Source: an uncultured Clostridium sp. (GTDB lineage Bacteria; Bacillota; Clostridia; Christensenellales; CAG-138). Taken from it: a stretch of DNA of 64,000 nucleotides. The position numbers were made by a program, and so were the translations under genes. Positions within the stretch are counted from its first letter, which is position 1, and each line of letters opens with the position of its first letter. A model generated the notes under the pieces. That model ran no database searches. It saw nothing but the letters and a program-made list of their open reading frames with translations, and had not been told where the DNA came from. Positions 43,786-53,685 of the stretch are shown here, piece by piece. The stretch spans positions 802 through 64,801 of the forward strand of contig CAYMPG010000003.1 in assembly GCA_964392455.1 (NCBI GenBank), given 5' to 3'.

Positions 43786-44345
43786 CTCCATTCATACTGG
43801 AAACGCTGGATAAATACGGCATAAAGGCCACATTCTTCCTCTGCGGTTTTTGGGTGGAGGCATACCCCGATGAGGTAAAGCAGATATTCGAGGCCGGCCA
43901 CCAGCTTGGCAATCATACCTCCACTCACCCTCACATGAACCAGCTCTCGGTCTCCGAGATAAAAAAGGAGCTCACCCATTTTGACGACATGGTGGAAAAG
44001 CTCACCGGCCAGCGCACCACCGCCTTTAGAGCCCCCTACGGCGAATATAACGACACCGTTATCACCACCGTAAGGGATATGGGGTATGAAGTATACCAGT
44101 GGAGCATTGACACCATCGACTGGCGGGAGGAGCGCAGCGCACAGACCATACTGGATACGGTGCTGCCAAAGCTGCACGATGGCTGCATAATCCTCTGCCA
44201 CAACAATGGCTATAAAATAAAGGAGTATCTTCCTGCGCTCATTGAAGCAGCCCAGGGACAGGGATACAAATTCGTTACGGTAAGCGAGCTCACGCTCAGC
44301 GGCAATACCATAATAGATGTAAACGGGGTGCAGAAGGCGGCATAA
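43770..44345 (+). pseudogene. 3' fragment (191 codons) of the split PdaB-like polysaccharide deacetylase gene
   Basis: The frame reads 'WEDDKTPFILETLDKYGIKATFFLCGFWVEAYPDEV..GHQLGNHTSTHPHM..RAPYGEYN..WSIDTIDW..ILCHN'. These are NodB motifs 2-5. The in-frame stop upstream at 43704-43706 lies inside element sequence. The ORF-track ATG at 43854 is internal. Confidence 0.85.
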
Positions 44346-44731
44346 TAGTCTCCCCCACTATATCGTCCAAACGCAGTCACATTATTGCTGCAAAGTAGCC
44401 TGTTTGTCACTTTATAGGAAGGGGCTGGAATACTCTTCCAGTCCCTAGATATGTTCTTAAATAAATCTGCGGCCAGTCATGGGCTGCCTCCCACCTCAGA
44501 TTATCCACAACATTATCCGGAGCTTTACCTTGTCTTTATACTAATAAACAGAGAACGTCATGTCTTTTTTCGGCAGCATGCACAAATAATCTTCTAACGG
44601 CAGCTTCGAAATACGCATATAGCCAGCAATGCCTATTACCACATATATCTGAACAAACTCAAAAGGAGCGTCCCTTTATGACACTCCTTTTTTATTTCTA
44701 ACTGTCAGCACATGGTCTAATAATAATATCC

Positions 44732-45682
44732 TTACATCTCCGCCCATCCATGCAGCTTCTTTAATCCACACTCTGCCACAGCCGCACCACCCATAAGACC
44801 GCCAAACTGGCCAAACCGGGTAGGCTGAATGACTAGATGACGATTTGCATTTTTGTAAATGGACTGATCAATCTTTTGCAGCATGGCCTCTTTAAACAAA
44901 TCAAATGACAGGCTCACACCTCCGCCTATTATCACCTTGCTGGGATTTAATATATTGCATGCCGCAGCCAACGCCTTGCCAATATAGTATCCCTCCAGGC
45001 GATACGTTTCCAGCGCTGTTTCATTGCCTCTACGTGCAAGGCCAGCTATAAGCTCTGCATTTGCCGGTATACCATCTATCAGCTCAGGGCCACCCAGCTC
45101 AATAAAGTTTCTCGCAATGGCAGGCCCGGCAGCATACATTTCCAGGCAGCCCCTTGCGCCGCAATTGCATCGTCTCCCGCCATCCACTACAGTAACGTGG
45201 CCAAGCTCGCCTGCATTTCCCGCCATACCGTAGTATATTCTGTCTTTCATAAACACTGCGCCGCCGCAGCCATTTGAAACAGTAAGATATACAAAGTCCG
45301 TTACATCGCGGCATTGGCCATACAGTCTTTCTGCCAAAGCGCATGCCTGACCATCATTGTCAATATAGGCCGGCAGATTAAATGCCTCCGTGAGTTCGGC
45401 TGCCACGTTTATGCCTCCCACACCTGAAAAACACGCCTCTACCCATACGCCATTGGCCGGGTCTGCCAGGCCCGGGATAGTTACCCCTATTGCCACAGGC
45501 AGCAGTTCACCATGTATTTTCAAAAGCTCTTTGGCAGAGGCTATTATGCTGTGCATTATTCCTCTCCCTGTAAGCTCTTTCCATTCGCCTCTGATACTGT
45601 CCACGATGTTTCCATAGCCATCCACCAGCCCAACAATATATTTTGAGCCGCCTATGTCTATAGATAATACAACATCTCTCAT
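44732..45682 (-). CDS. ROK family sugar kinase
   Basis: 'VLSIDIGGSKYIVGLVD', 'DNDGQACALAE' and 'GHVTVVDGGRRCNCGARGCLE' are present. There is no N-terminal HTH. Confidence 0.85.
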   Translation of the reverse strand: MRDVVLSIDIGGSKYIVGLVDGYGNIVDSIRGEWKELTGRGIMHSIIASAKELLKIHGELLPVAIGVTIPGLADPANGVWVEACFSGVGGINVAAELTEAFNLPAYIDNDGQACALAERLYGQCRDVTDFVYLTVSNGCGGAVFMKDRIYYGMAGNAGELGHVTVVDGGRRCNCGARGCLEMYAAGPAIARNFIELGGPELIDGIPANAELIAGLARRGNETALETYRLEGYYIGKALAAACNILNPSKVIIGGGVSLSFDLFKEAMLQKIDQSIYKNANRHLVIQPTRFGQFGGLMGGAAVAECGLKKLHGWAEM

Positions 45683-45775
45683 GTACTCTCCCCCCACCCA
45701 TTAAGACACGCAAGCCCCGGTATGCCCGAGGCTTGCAAACCTGTTCTGTAATTTTTATTCTTTCACAATTTACCC

Positions 45776-46765
45776 TTATTCTGTTTTTAGGGCCGAATCG
45801 AATGCGATATCAGAGGGTTCAAAGTTTATCTTTTTTGTAAACTCATAAGCCTCAGTAGCTCCAAAGGTGCGCTCCATTCCACTATCCTCCCATTCCACAG
45901 AAAGGGGACCATGATAGCCCATCTGGTTCAGTTCGCGAATGATGCCATCAAAATCCACATTGCCATGGCCCAGAGACACAAAGTTCCAGCCGCGGCGGGT
46001 ATCGCCAAATTCTATATGGCTGCCCAGTATACCTGCCCGTCCGTCCAAAGTGACCTTAACATCTTTCATATGTACATGATATATCCTGTTTGAAAAATCG
46101 CGCAGGAATACGCAGGGATTTACCCCCTGCCATACAAGATGAGAGGGATCAAAATTAAGTCCCAGGGTAGGACGGTGATCAAACACTTCAAACAGCTTCT
46201 GTGTGCTGTAATAATCAAATGCTATCTCCGTAGGATGCACTTCCAACGCAAACTTCACGCCACATCTGTCAAATTCGTCAAATATGGGAGTCCACAGCTC
46301 TTTTATCTTCGCAAAGCCGGCATCTACCATACTCTGGGGGGTCTGCGGGAAAGAATACCAATAATACCATATGGGAGAGCCCAAAAAACCGGTAACTACC
46401 TTTATGCCCAATTTATGTGCGGCCCTTGCTACCACCTTCATTTCCTCTATAGCCCATTCCCTTATGGCCTCTGGCTTGCCCGAAAGAGCCGCAGGGGCAA
46501 AATTATCCAGGCGTTCATCCCAGTTATCACCCACGCACTGTCCTACAAGATGTGCACCAAGTGCCCAGCACTGTAAGCCATATTTTGCCAGGGTAGCCTT
46601 AAAGCTTTCAGCATAGCCGTCATCATCCACGACCTTATGTACGTCCAGATGGGCATGACATGCTATCTCCAGCCCGTCATAACCGATCTCACTTGTAAGC
46701 TTACAAAGTTCCTCCAGGGACATATCGCCAAACTGTCCTGTTGTTATGGTGATGGGTCGTTTCAT
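45776..46765 (-). CDS. Sugar phosphate isomerase/epimerase (xylose isomerase-like TIM barrel)
   Basis: 329 aa with 'FALEVHPTEIAFD' and 'IYHVHMKD' typical of the AP endonuclease 2/TIM-barrel family. Confidence 0.8.
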   Translation of the reverse strand: MKRPITITTGQFGDMSLEELCKLTSEIGYDGLEIACHAHLDVHKVVDDDGYAESFKATLAKYGLQCWALGAHLVGQCVGDNWDERLDNFAPAALSGKPEAIREWAIEEMKVVARAAHKLGIKVVTGFLGSPIWYYWYSFPQTPQSMVDAGFAKIKELWTPIFDEFDRCGVKFALEVHPTEIAFDYYSTQKLFEVFDHRPTLGLNFDPSHLVWQGVNPCVFLRDFSNRIYHVHMKDVKVTLDGRAGILGSHIEFGDTRRGWNFVSLGHGNVDFDGIIRELNQMGYHGPLSVEWEDSGMERTFGATEAYEFTKKINFEPSDIAFDSALKTE

Positions 46766-46775
46766 GAGTGCCTCC

Positions 46776-47816
46776 TTACTTTATCTCTACCGCTCTGCCG
46801 GTTCTTGCAGATTCCTCGTTGGCAAAAATCACCTTCATGGCATGCATTGCACTCTCGCCGCTGATGGCAGGAGGAGTATTGGTAACTATGCTGTCCACAA
46901 ATGCATCTATGACACCAGTAGAAGTACGGCCACCGGTAGTCTGCTCCTTGTTAGACGTAAGCAAATCCAGCTCGTAGGGTATCACCTCTCCATCCTTCTT
47001 TTCCACTATGAGGGAATACCGAGGATCATCGTAGAGGCGCAGCACGCCACCCTCCATGAATATCTTAGTGGAATTATCCTCTGCACCATAATTGGTCCAG
47101 CTTACATGCATGGTACCCACTACGCCATCCTCCATTGTATAGATGGCATAAGCATTGTCATCCACGCTTATGGGAGTACCATCTGACATGGTCTTATGAA
47201 GCGTAGCCAGCACAGCGCTGGTCTTAACAATTCGCTTGCCAGTGAGGTAATGGATAAGGTCTGTTTTATGTACGCCAAGGTCTGCCATTACGCCAAAGAA
47301 AGCCACCTTTTTATCAAAAAACCATGAATCCTTCTTGCCAGTCCACCCTTCAGGGCCTGGATGAGCGAAGTGGGTAGCAAAGGTTATGACACGGCCCATC
47401 TCTCCGCTCTGGATTATGTCATGAGCCTTTACATGTGCCTTTGCGAGGCGCTGATTCTGGCCTATCATAAGGAACTTACCCGCTTCCTTTGCAGCCTGTA
47501 CCATAGCTTCACAATCTTCAGGAGTAGTAGCCATAGGCTTTTCACACAGAACATGCTTGCCAGCCTTCAAAGCCTGTATGGCAGTCTGTGCATGATATGC
47601 GTTGGCAACGCATACACTCACCGCATCCACATCAGAAGCCAGCAGCTCCTCTATGGAGCCATATGCTTTTGCGCCATACTGCTTTGCCATTGCCTCGGCC
47701 TTTTCCGGCACTACATCGAAAAAGGCAGCCAGCTCACAATTCGGGTTTTCTGCATACTCAGGAGCATGCCTTACCTCAGTAATCTTTCCGCAGCCAATTA
47801 TACCAACCTTCAGCAT
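46776..47816 (-). CDS. Gfo/Idh/MocA family oxidoreductase
   Basis: 'MLKVGIIGCGKITEVRHAPEY' and 'VLCEKPMA' are present. Confidence 0.9.
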   Translation of the reverse strand: MLKVGIIGCGKITEVRHAPEYAENPNCELAAFFDVVPEKAEAMAKQYGAKAYGSIEELLASDVDAVSVCVANAYHAQTAIQALKAGKHVLCEKPMATTPEDCEAMVQAAKEAGKFLMIGQNQRLAKAHVKAHDIIQSGEMGRVITFATHFAHPGPEGWTGKKDSWFFDKKVAFFGVMADLGVHKTDLIHYLTGKRIVKTSAVLATLHKTMSDGTPISVDDNAYAIYTMEDGVVGTMHVSWTNYGAEDNSTKIFMEGGVLRLYDDPRYSLIVEKKDGEVIPYELDLLTSNKEQTTGGRTSTGVIDAFVDSIVTNTPPAISGESAMHAMKVIFANEESARTGRAVEIK

Positions 47817-47859
47817 ATCTTTATATCCTTTCTCGTATTTTAGAGTTTACTTTCGTACT

Positions 47860-48846
47860 TTAGTGTTTGCGGTTCTGGAAATTCTGCAGCAGTACAGCAA
47901 CTATGATTATAGCACCGCTTATCGCACCATTGAGGAAGGTGGAAACATCTGCAGCAGTAAGTATGTTGCTTATCATCTTAAACATCAGCACACCAGCAAA
48001 GGTGCCAAGTATCTTGCCACGCCCGCCGCTCATTGCAGTGCCGCCGATGGCTACGGAAGCTATGGCCTCCATTTCGTACCCATTTGCCGCAGAGGCCGCT
48101 GCAACGGCGGTCATACGGGAACCATAGATAAACGCAGCTATGCCACAGAGCACACCGGTAATCATGAAAGTGAGGCACTTTACCAAATCAACATTAATAC
48201 CTGACAGGCGTGCGGATACCTCATTGCTACCCACGGCATATACATGCTTACCCAGTTTAGTATTCTTCATGATATTATCGAAGATGATAACAGCGGCAAT
48301 AAATATCAGCATCAGATAGGGAATCTTGAAGTTTTCGCCTATCTTTATGCCGCCCACGGCAAGCTGACGGAATGACTCATAATAATTGGTATCAACTGTG
48401 AAGGGGCCGCCAGACCCAAAATGATTGATAATGGAACGGCAGGCACTCTGCATTGCCATGGTAGCAATCATCGGAGGCATACCGCCCTTTGTTACCAGCA
48501 GGCCGTTTATGCTGCCCAGTATGAGACCTGCAACACAGCAGAACAGCAGCATTATCATCGCAGAACCAGTAGCATTGAGCACCAGAATTCCAAAGCCGCC
48601 TATAAATGCAACCTGAGAACCAACAGATATGTCTATCATACCTGCAGATATAATCATGCTCATACCCATGGCTATAAGGCCTATCATGGTACTCTGAACG
48701 AATATATTGGAAATATTCGTCCAAGTGAAAAAGTTTTTGTTAACGATAGCCGCTATTATTACCAGCAGTATAAACGAAAAGACGAAGCTGTATTCGGATA
48801 CCAGTTTCTTGAATACATCCTTAAAGTTGATTTTGGTGTTAGTCAT
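47860..48846 (-). CDS. Monosaccharide (ribose-type) ABC transporter permease
   Basis: A polytopic 328-aa protein resembling RbsC/AraH. It overlaps the ATPase stop. Confidence 0.85.
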   Translation of the reverse strand: MTNTKINFKDVFKKLVSEYSFVFSFILLVIIAAIVNKNFFTWTNISNIFVQSTMIGLIAMGMSMIISAGMIDISVGSQVAFIGGFGILVLNATGSAMIMLLFCCVAGLILGSINGLLVTKGGMPPMIATMAMQSACRSIINHFGSGGPFTVDTNYYESFRQLAVGGIKIGENFKIPYLMLIFIAAVIIFDNIMKNTKLGKHVYAVGSNEVSARLSGINVDLVKCLTFMITGVLCGIAAFIYGSRMTAVAAASAANGYEMEAIASVAIGGTAMSGGRGKILGTFAGVLMFKMISNILTAADVSTFLNGAISGAIIIVAVLLQNFQNRKH

Positions 48847-50344
48847 TCTTTTCCCCCTCCAAATTTGCGCCTGTGGAATAATACATCACGTTTTTCTCGG
48901 TAAGCTGTTCACGATTCAGCACAGCGTTTATATTTCCCTTATACAGCACCATGCAGCTATCTGCCACCTTGTATATCTCAGGGAACTCCTGACTGAACAC
49001 TATTACGGATTTTCCCTGCTTTGCCAATCTTAGTATGAGATGGTAAATCTCAAACTTCGTGCCTACATCTATACCCTGAGTAGGATTGTCAAAAAGCAGA
49101 ATATCCGCATTAGCTTCCAGCCACTTGCCAAGTATCACTTTCTGCTGATTGCCGCCTGAGAGCGAAGTTATGGGGTTTCTTGGGGTGCCAACCTTAATGG
49201 ACAGGGCCTTCTTTTGTCTTTCAAACCGGTTGCTCACGTCCTTCTTTGTAATCATAAGGCTGTTAAAATCGGTATTCAGATAGGCCATATAAAGGTTGTC
49301 ATAAATGGAGAGGTCATTATGTATGCCTCTCTCCTTACGCATACGAGGAACCAGCGCCACACGATTCTGCATGAACGCTTTAATGCCAGCACCTGGACGC
49401 ATAACATTATCGCCCACCTTCAAGGTTCCCGTATAAGGTATTACGCCAAACAGGGCATCTGCCAGGGCATCGCGTCCGCTGCCCTGAAGGCCGGTTATGG
49501 CAAGTATTTCACCTTTGTGAAGCTCAAAGTTTATATCGTTGAAGCCTTCGCCGCTAATGTTCTTTGCGGACATGGCCACCTTGTCCTCCGCAACACAAAC
49601 ATGGTGAGAAAAGTCGTCATCTGCAAGCTGCCGGCCTATCATAAGCTCGGTTATGCCGTTTTCATCAATATCGGCAAAATTACCATTTGCCACGAGCTTG
49701 CCATCCCTGAGGACATAATACGAATTACATATCTCAAAAAGCTCCGGCATTTTGTGGGAGATGTAAATAAAGCTTACGCCTTCTTCATGCAGCTGGCGCA
49801 TAATACGGAAAAGGCTCTCTATTTCCCTGGTTGAAAGGGCGGTAGACGGCTCATCCATGATTATAAGCTCGCTCTTGAACAGCAGCGCTTTGGCAATTTC
49901 TACGAGCTGCTTCTCTGCCGCAGGAAGTTTTTCAACATGCTCCATGGGGTCTATCTTTACCTCCATGCGCGCAAAAACCTCCTGACAACGTTCAATCATG
50001 CGCTTTTTATCCAGCATGCCATTTTTCTTGACGATTTCATCACCAAGAAACATGTTTTCAAACACACGCAGGTCGTTACAGAGGTTCAGCTCCTGGTGTA
50101 TAAAGCGTATACCAAGCTGATTAGCCGCTCTGGCATTGGGTATGTTTACCTTTTTCCCGTCAATGAATATTTCGCCTGCGGTTGCTGAATATGTGCCTGC
50201 AAGCACATTCATCAGGGTAGACTTTCCTGCTCCGTTTTCACCAAGCAGGCCCACTATGTCGCCAGGTTCCACGGTAAAATCCACGTGATCTACAGCGCGC
50301 ACAGGGCCAAAGTCCATTACTATGCCCTTCATTTCTACGAGCAT
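48839..50344 (-). CDS. Sugar ABC transporter ATP-binding protein (duplicated ABC domains, RbsA-like)
   Basis: 'GENGAGKSTLM', 'IIMDEPSTAL' and a second half with 'LSGGNQQKV' and 'LLFDNPTQGIDV' are present. Confidence 0.9.
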   Translation of the reverse strand: MLVEMKGIVMDFGPVRAVDHVDFTVEPGDIVGLLGENGAGKSTLMNVLAGTYSATAGEIFIDGKKVNIPNARAANQLGIRFIHQELNLCNDLRVFENMFLGDEIVKKNGMLDKKRMIERCQEVFARMEVKIDPMEHVEKLPAAEKQLVEIAKALLFKSELIIMDEPSTALSTREIESLFRIMRQLHEEGVSFIYISHKMPELFEICNSYYVLRDGKLVANGNFADIDENGITELMIGRQLADDDFSHHVCVAEDKVAMSAKNISGEGFNDINFELHKGEILAITGLQGSGRDALADALFGVIPYTGTLKVGDNVMRPGAGIKAFMQNRVALVPRMRKERGIHNDLSIYDNLYMAYLNTDFNSLMITKKDVSNRFERQKKALSIKVGTPRNPITSLSGGNQQKVILGKWLEANADILLFDNPTQGIDVGTKFEIYHLILRLAKQGKSVIVFSQEFPEIYKVADSCMVLYKGNINAVLNREQLTEKNVMYYSTGANLEGEKND

Positions 50345-50534
50345 ATATCGTCTATTCTCCCTTCAAAAAAATTCCATTGCATATACATTAGCGCCAGCTT
50401 GTCTGGCGTTGTATTCGATATTAATCCAAGTCTATATAATTGTAGGTATACTAAAGGCCGTATGCCTTTGACATGTTTTAAGAAAAACAGGCCGGCCGGC
50501 AATGGCCGGCCTGTCCTTTGAAAGAAAAACTTCT

Positions 50535-51626
50535 TTAGAAGTTACCGATGGAGTAACGCTCTGCATAGGTGTCAGATGCACGATAGGAATCGAAATCGTA
50601 ATCAGCACCGCCAGCATTGGAGACGGAGAAGGAGGGAATCAGGTACTGGCCATCGGTCAGAGGAGCACCGGTGAATTCCTCGCCATAGAGATGGGTTGCG
50701 CCAAGACGCATAGCCTCACGAATGAAGGAAGGAGCGAAGTAGAAAGTGGTGAACTGAACACCAGTCTGAGTGTTCTCAAACTTCTGCAGGGTAGCTTCAC
50801 GACCGCCAACAGAAGTGATGACCTTGATGTTAATCTCGCCGGTATAAGCGTCAAGAGCATTCATCAGACCGTCAACGATTTCGTCATCGTGGGTCACAAT
50901 CAGATCCAGAGCAGCTACTTCCTCAGCGGAGTGAGCATTGAGCCAGTCTTCCATCTGCTGCTGAGCAGTTTCGGTGGACCAGTTGGTTACAAAAGTCTCA
51001 GCAATCTGGTTGAACTTAGCATCGATAACAGCATCCATACCATCGGAACGCTGGCTGGTAACAGTGGAGCTATCGCCTACGAAGCGCAGATAGTCAACTG
51101 CCTCGTAGTCAGCATAGTAGGTGTTGAGCCATTCGCCCATCATGTTGCCTATGCCTACGTTGTCGCCCATGATTTCGCCTACAAGACCCTCAAAGTCATT
51201 GATCAGGCGGTCATAAACGATCAGCTCAATGCCAGCATCGATAATGGTCTGAGCGGCAGAACGGAGAGCTTCGCCCTCCATGGGCCACAGCATAACGAGA
51301 TCTACGTCGCCGCCGGCGATGAAGTTCTCAATGGAAGTAATCTGGTCGGAAGCCTCGAGACCATCAGCTACAACAACTTCCAGGCCATCGTACTTCTCCA
51401 TCAGGGCCTCAGCTTCCATCTTGCAGTGAGCAACGGACTCACCGGTAAAGCCGTGGTCACCAGAGGGGATAACGCAGGCGATCTTGTAAGATGCGGCTGC
51501 TTCCTCAGCGGGAGTTTCCTCTACAGGGGTCTCCTCAACGGGAGCTTCCTCAGCAGCGGGAGCGGCGCAAGCTACCAGAGACAGTGCCATTACGAGCACA
51601 AGCAGCATTGCAAAGAACTTCTTCAT
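50535..51626 (-). CDS. Sugar ABC transporter substrate-binding lipoprotein (RbsB-like fold)
   Basis: The lipobox 'LSLVACAAP' is followed by a Glu/Pro/Ala linker and a periplasmic-binding-protein type I domain. Confidence 0.8.
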   Translation of the reverse strand: MKKFFAMLLVLVMALSLVACAAPAAEEAPVEETPVEETPAEEAAASYKIACVIPSGDHGFTGESVAHCKMEAEALMEKYDGLEVVVADGLEASDQITSIENFIAGGDVDLVMLWPMEGEALRSAAQTIIDAGIELIVYDRLINDFEGLVGEIMGDNVGIGNMMGEWLNTYYADYEAVDYLRFVGDSSTVTSQRSDGMDAVIDAKFNQIAETFVTNWSTETAQQQMEDWLNAHSAEEVAALDLIVTHDDEIVDGLMNALDAYTGEINIKVITSVGGREATLQKFENTQTGVQFTTFYFAPSFIREAMRLGATHLYGEEFTGAPLTDGQYLIPSFSVSNAGGADYDFDSYRASDTYAERYSIGNF

Positions 51627-51692
51627 TACAACTTTCCTCCTTGGAAAATATTATATTTGATAATCGGCCGCTAAGCCGCATTATCCACTGTA

Positions 51693-52667
51693 TTACTCGA
51701 AAGTGATAACACCCTTGAGATAGCCATCACTCTTTTTGATGGACTTGATGAATATGTCATTCATTGCGTCCATATCTCCAAATTGAGCCGTATGTGTTAC
51801 GAGGCGCTTTGTGTCATATAGCCCGCGCGCTATAAGTGCGCCGGTAGGTACAGTTAAATCCCTGAAGCGCGGATTGGTCTTGGGTGCCACGTTCATTACG
51901 GTAAGCCCGGTAGTATGCCAGCGATTGCCATCTATCCTGCGCTCGCCCCTGTGCCATGCGCCAAATACCAGCTTGCCTCCCACGCCTGCAGTGAGCCGAT
52001 TTGCAAGGGCAAAAGTAGATTCTGCCGCTGCAAATTCTATTACTACATTTGCTCCGCCCGCTTCTTCAATTCCCTTTATGCGCGCCTGTCCTTCAGGGGA
52101 ATTTATATTGTAGCAATCGTGCGGGAAATACTCCCTGGCAATATCGAGATTATGGTCATTTATGTCGAGTATAGTCATCTGCCCATAGGCAGTGCCTCTG
52201 AGGCCCTGCACTGTCAACAGCCCCATATATCCTGCGCCTATCATTACCACACTGTCGCCAGGCTGTATATCCGCCTTTTGAAGGATATTTACTACGCATA
52301 CAGTAGGCTCACCCACCCATTTTACGAAATCTTCTTCGCCTTCGGGTATCTTGGCCACACAATCATACTGCACATTGAAATCGGCTGCCATCATTTCATC
52401 GCCGCCTGTGCCGACGAATATTTTATCGCCTATTGAAAAGCCTTTCACGCCTTCTCCCATAGCAGTGACCACACCCACGCCTTCATGGCCCAGCCTGTAG
52501 GGCAAAGGACCCGGTGCACTCATACCACGATACAGATATGAGTCCCAGGCGCAGATGCCTACTGCTTTGGTATGTATCTGAAGTTCATCATATCGAGGAG
52601 CTGGAAGCTCCACTTCACGAATCTCTATTTTTTCCGGTTCTGTTACCCAAAGCGCTCTGGTTTTCAT
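51693..52667 (-). CDS. Zinc-type medium-chain alcohol/polyol dehydrogenase (MDR family)
   Basis: 'GICAWD', 'GHEGVGVV' and 'VVMIGAGYMGLL' are present. Confidence 0.85.
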   Translation of the reverse strand: MKTRALWVTEPEKIEIREVELPAPRYDELQIHTKAVGICAWDSYLYRGMSAPGPLPYRLGHEGVGVVTAMGEGVKGFSIGDKIFVGTGGDEMMAADFNVQYDCVAKIPEGEEDFVKWVGEPTVCVVNILQKADIQPGDSVVMIGAGYMGLLTVQGLRGTAYGQMTILDINDHNLDIAREYFPHDCYNINSPEGQARIKGIEEAGGANVVIEFAAAESTFALANRLTAGVGGKLVFGAWHRGERRIDGNRWHTTGLTVMNVAPKTNPRFRDLTVPTGALIARGLYDTKRLVTHTAQFGDMDAMNDIFIKSIKKSDGYLKGVITFE

Positions 52668-52677
52668 TTTAATCCTC

Positions 52678-53685
52678 CTATATATTGCAGGTATCCAGCT
52701 TTCGTACCACTCCGTCTACTGTAGCCGTACCAGTGACGCCTATCTGCTTGATTACGATGCTGGAGCAGGCATTACCCACTACAGCAGCCTCTGCCAGCGG
52801 TATCCCCTTGGTAAGAGAAAACATCACACCGGCATTATAGGCATCGCCTGCACCGCATATATCTACCTGTCCCTCCACCTTGAAGGCTGGCGCATAATGC
52901 GATGCACCATCAAAGGTTACGCACCCCTGCTCTCCAAGAGTAACTATTACCGGTTTGCGGTTCTGGTCATATAGCCGTGCTGCCAGCTCTGCTGCACCAT
53001 CCACATCCACTCTGTCTGGATTTTCTCCAAAGATTGCAGCTATCTCTCGATGATTGCATTTCACCATCACGTTACTGAACAAGTCTATATGGCCTCTTGA
53101 ATCTGCATACCACAGGCCACTGTCAGCCATTTCACCTATCGCCCTGCGAACACGCCCTGTAACCGCCGCCATATCCGATTCCACATACTGATCGCAGATT
53201 ATAACTGCATCACTGTCCCGAGCTGCAAGCCTAAGGTTTTCTATCAGTGCATCCTCAACATCAGCCGGTGTGGCTGTAAAATTACGCATATCAATGCGGT
53301 TCAATTCTATTTCACAATCTTGATGGCCACGCATGGGCTTTATGTATGTGCATGTCTGCCGCTTATCAGTATGCACCATCCTGCTTACATCGGCCCCTAT
53401 ATCCCTGAGACACGCTTCCAGCTCATGGCCCTCGCCATCTTTGCCTATGATGCCTATGCACGTTACATCTGCTCCAAGTGCCCTGAGATTATTGGTTATG
53501 GTACCAGCAGCACCTGGATAGCATTTTGTATGAGTTACCTGATAGGCTGTAAGCCCCGTTTCGACAGACGGCTCATCCAGTGCAGGATCTATATAGAGAT
53601 ACTTGTCCAGGCAATAATCGCCAAATACGGTTATATGTGGCACCTTATCGCTGCACAACATTTTTTTCAATGCACCGATATTCAT
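52678..53685 (-). CDS. PfkB-family carbohydrate kinase resembling the HldE/RfaE heptose-7-phosphate kinase domain
   Basis: 'ITVFGDYCLDKYLYID..PGAAGTITNNLRALGADV..GIIGKDGEG' parallels HldE 'VVGDVMLDRYWYG..PGGAANVAMNIASLGA'. The C-terminal 'DICGAGDA' is also present. Confidence 0.7.
   Translation of the reverse strand: MNIGALKKMLCSDKVPHITVFGDYCLDKYLYIDPALDEPSVETGLTAYQVTHTKCYPGAAGTITNNLRALGADVTCIGIIGKDGEGHELEACLRDIGADVSRMVHTDKRQTCTYIKPMRGHQDCEIELNRIDMRNFTATPADVEDALIENLRLAARDSDAVIICDQYVESDMAAVTGRVRRAIGEMADSGLWYADSRGHIDLFSNVMVKCNHREIAAIFGENPDRVDVDGAAELAARLYDQNRKPVIVTLGEQGCVTFDGASHYAPAFKVEGQVDICGAGDAYNAGVMFSLTKGIPLAEAAVVGNACSSIVIKQIGVTGTATVDGVVRKLDTCNI

Noticed and set aside
44346-44731. The roughly 390-bp gap after the deacetylase 3' fragment, as a possible second att site or gene remnant.
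   Set aside because: No repeat of the att core or of the palindrome arms was seen, and no ORF. It holds only a weak hairpin (about 44425-44450) and a probable terminator for the convergent ROK kinase gene (about 44660-44695).
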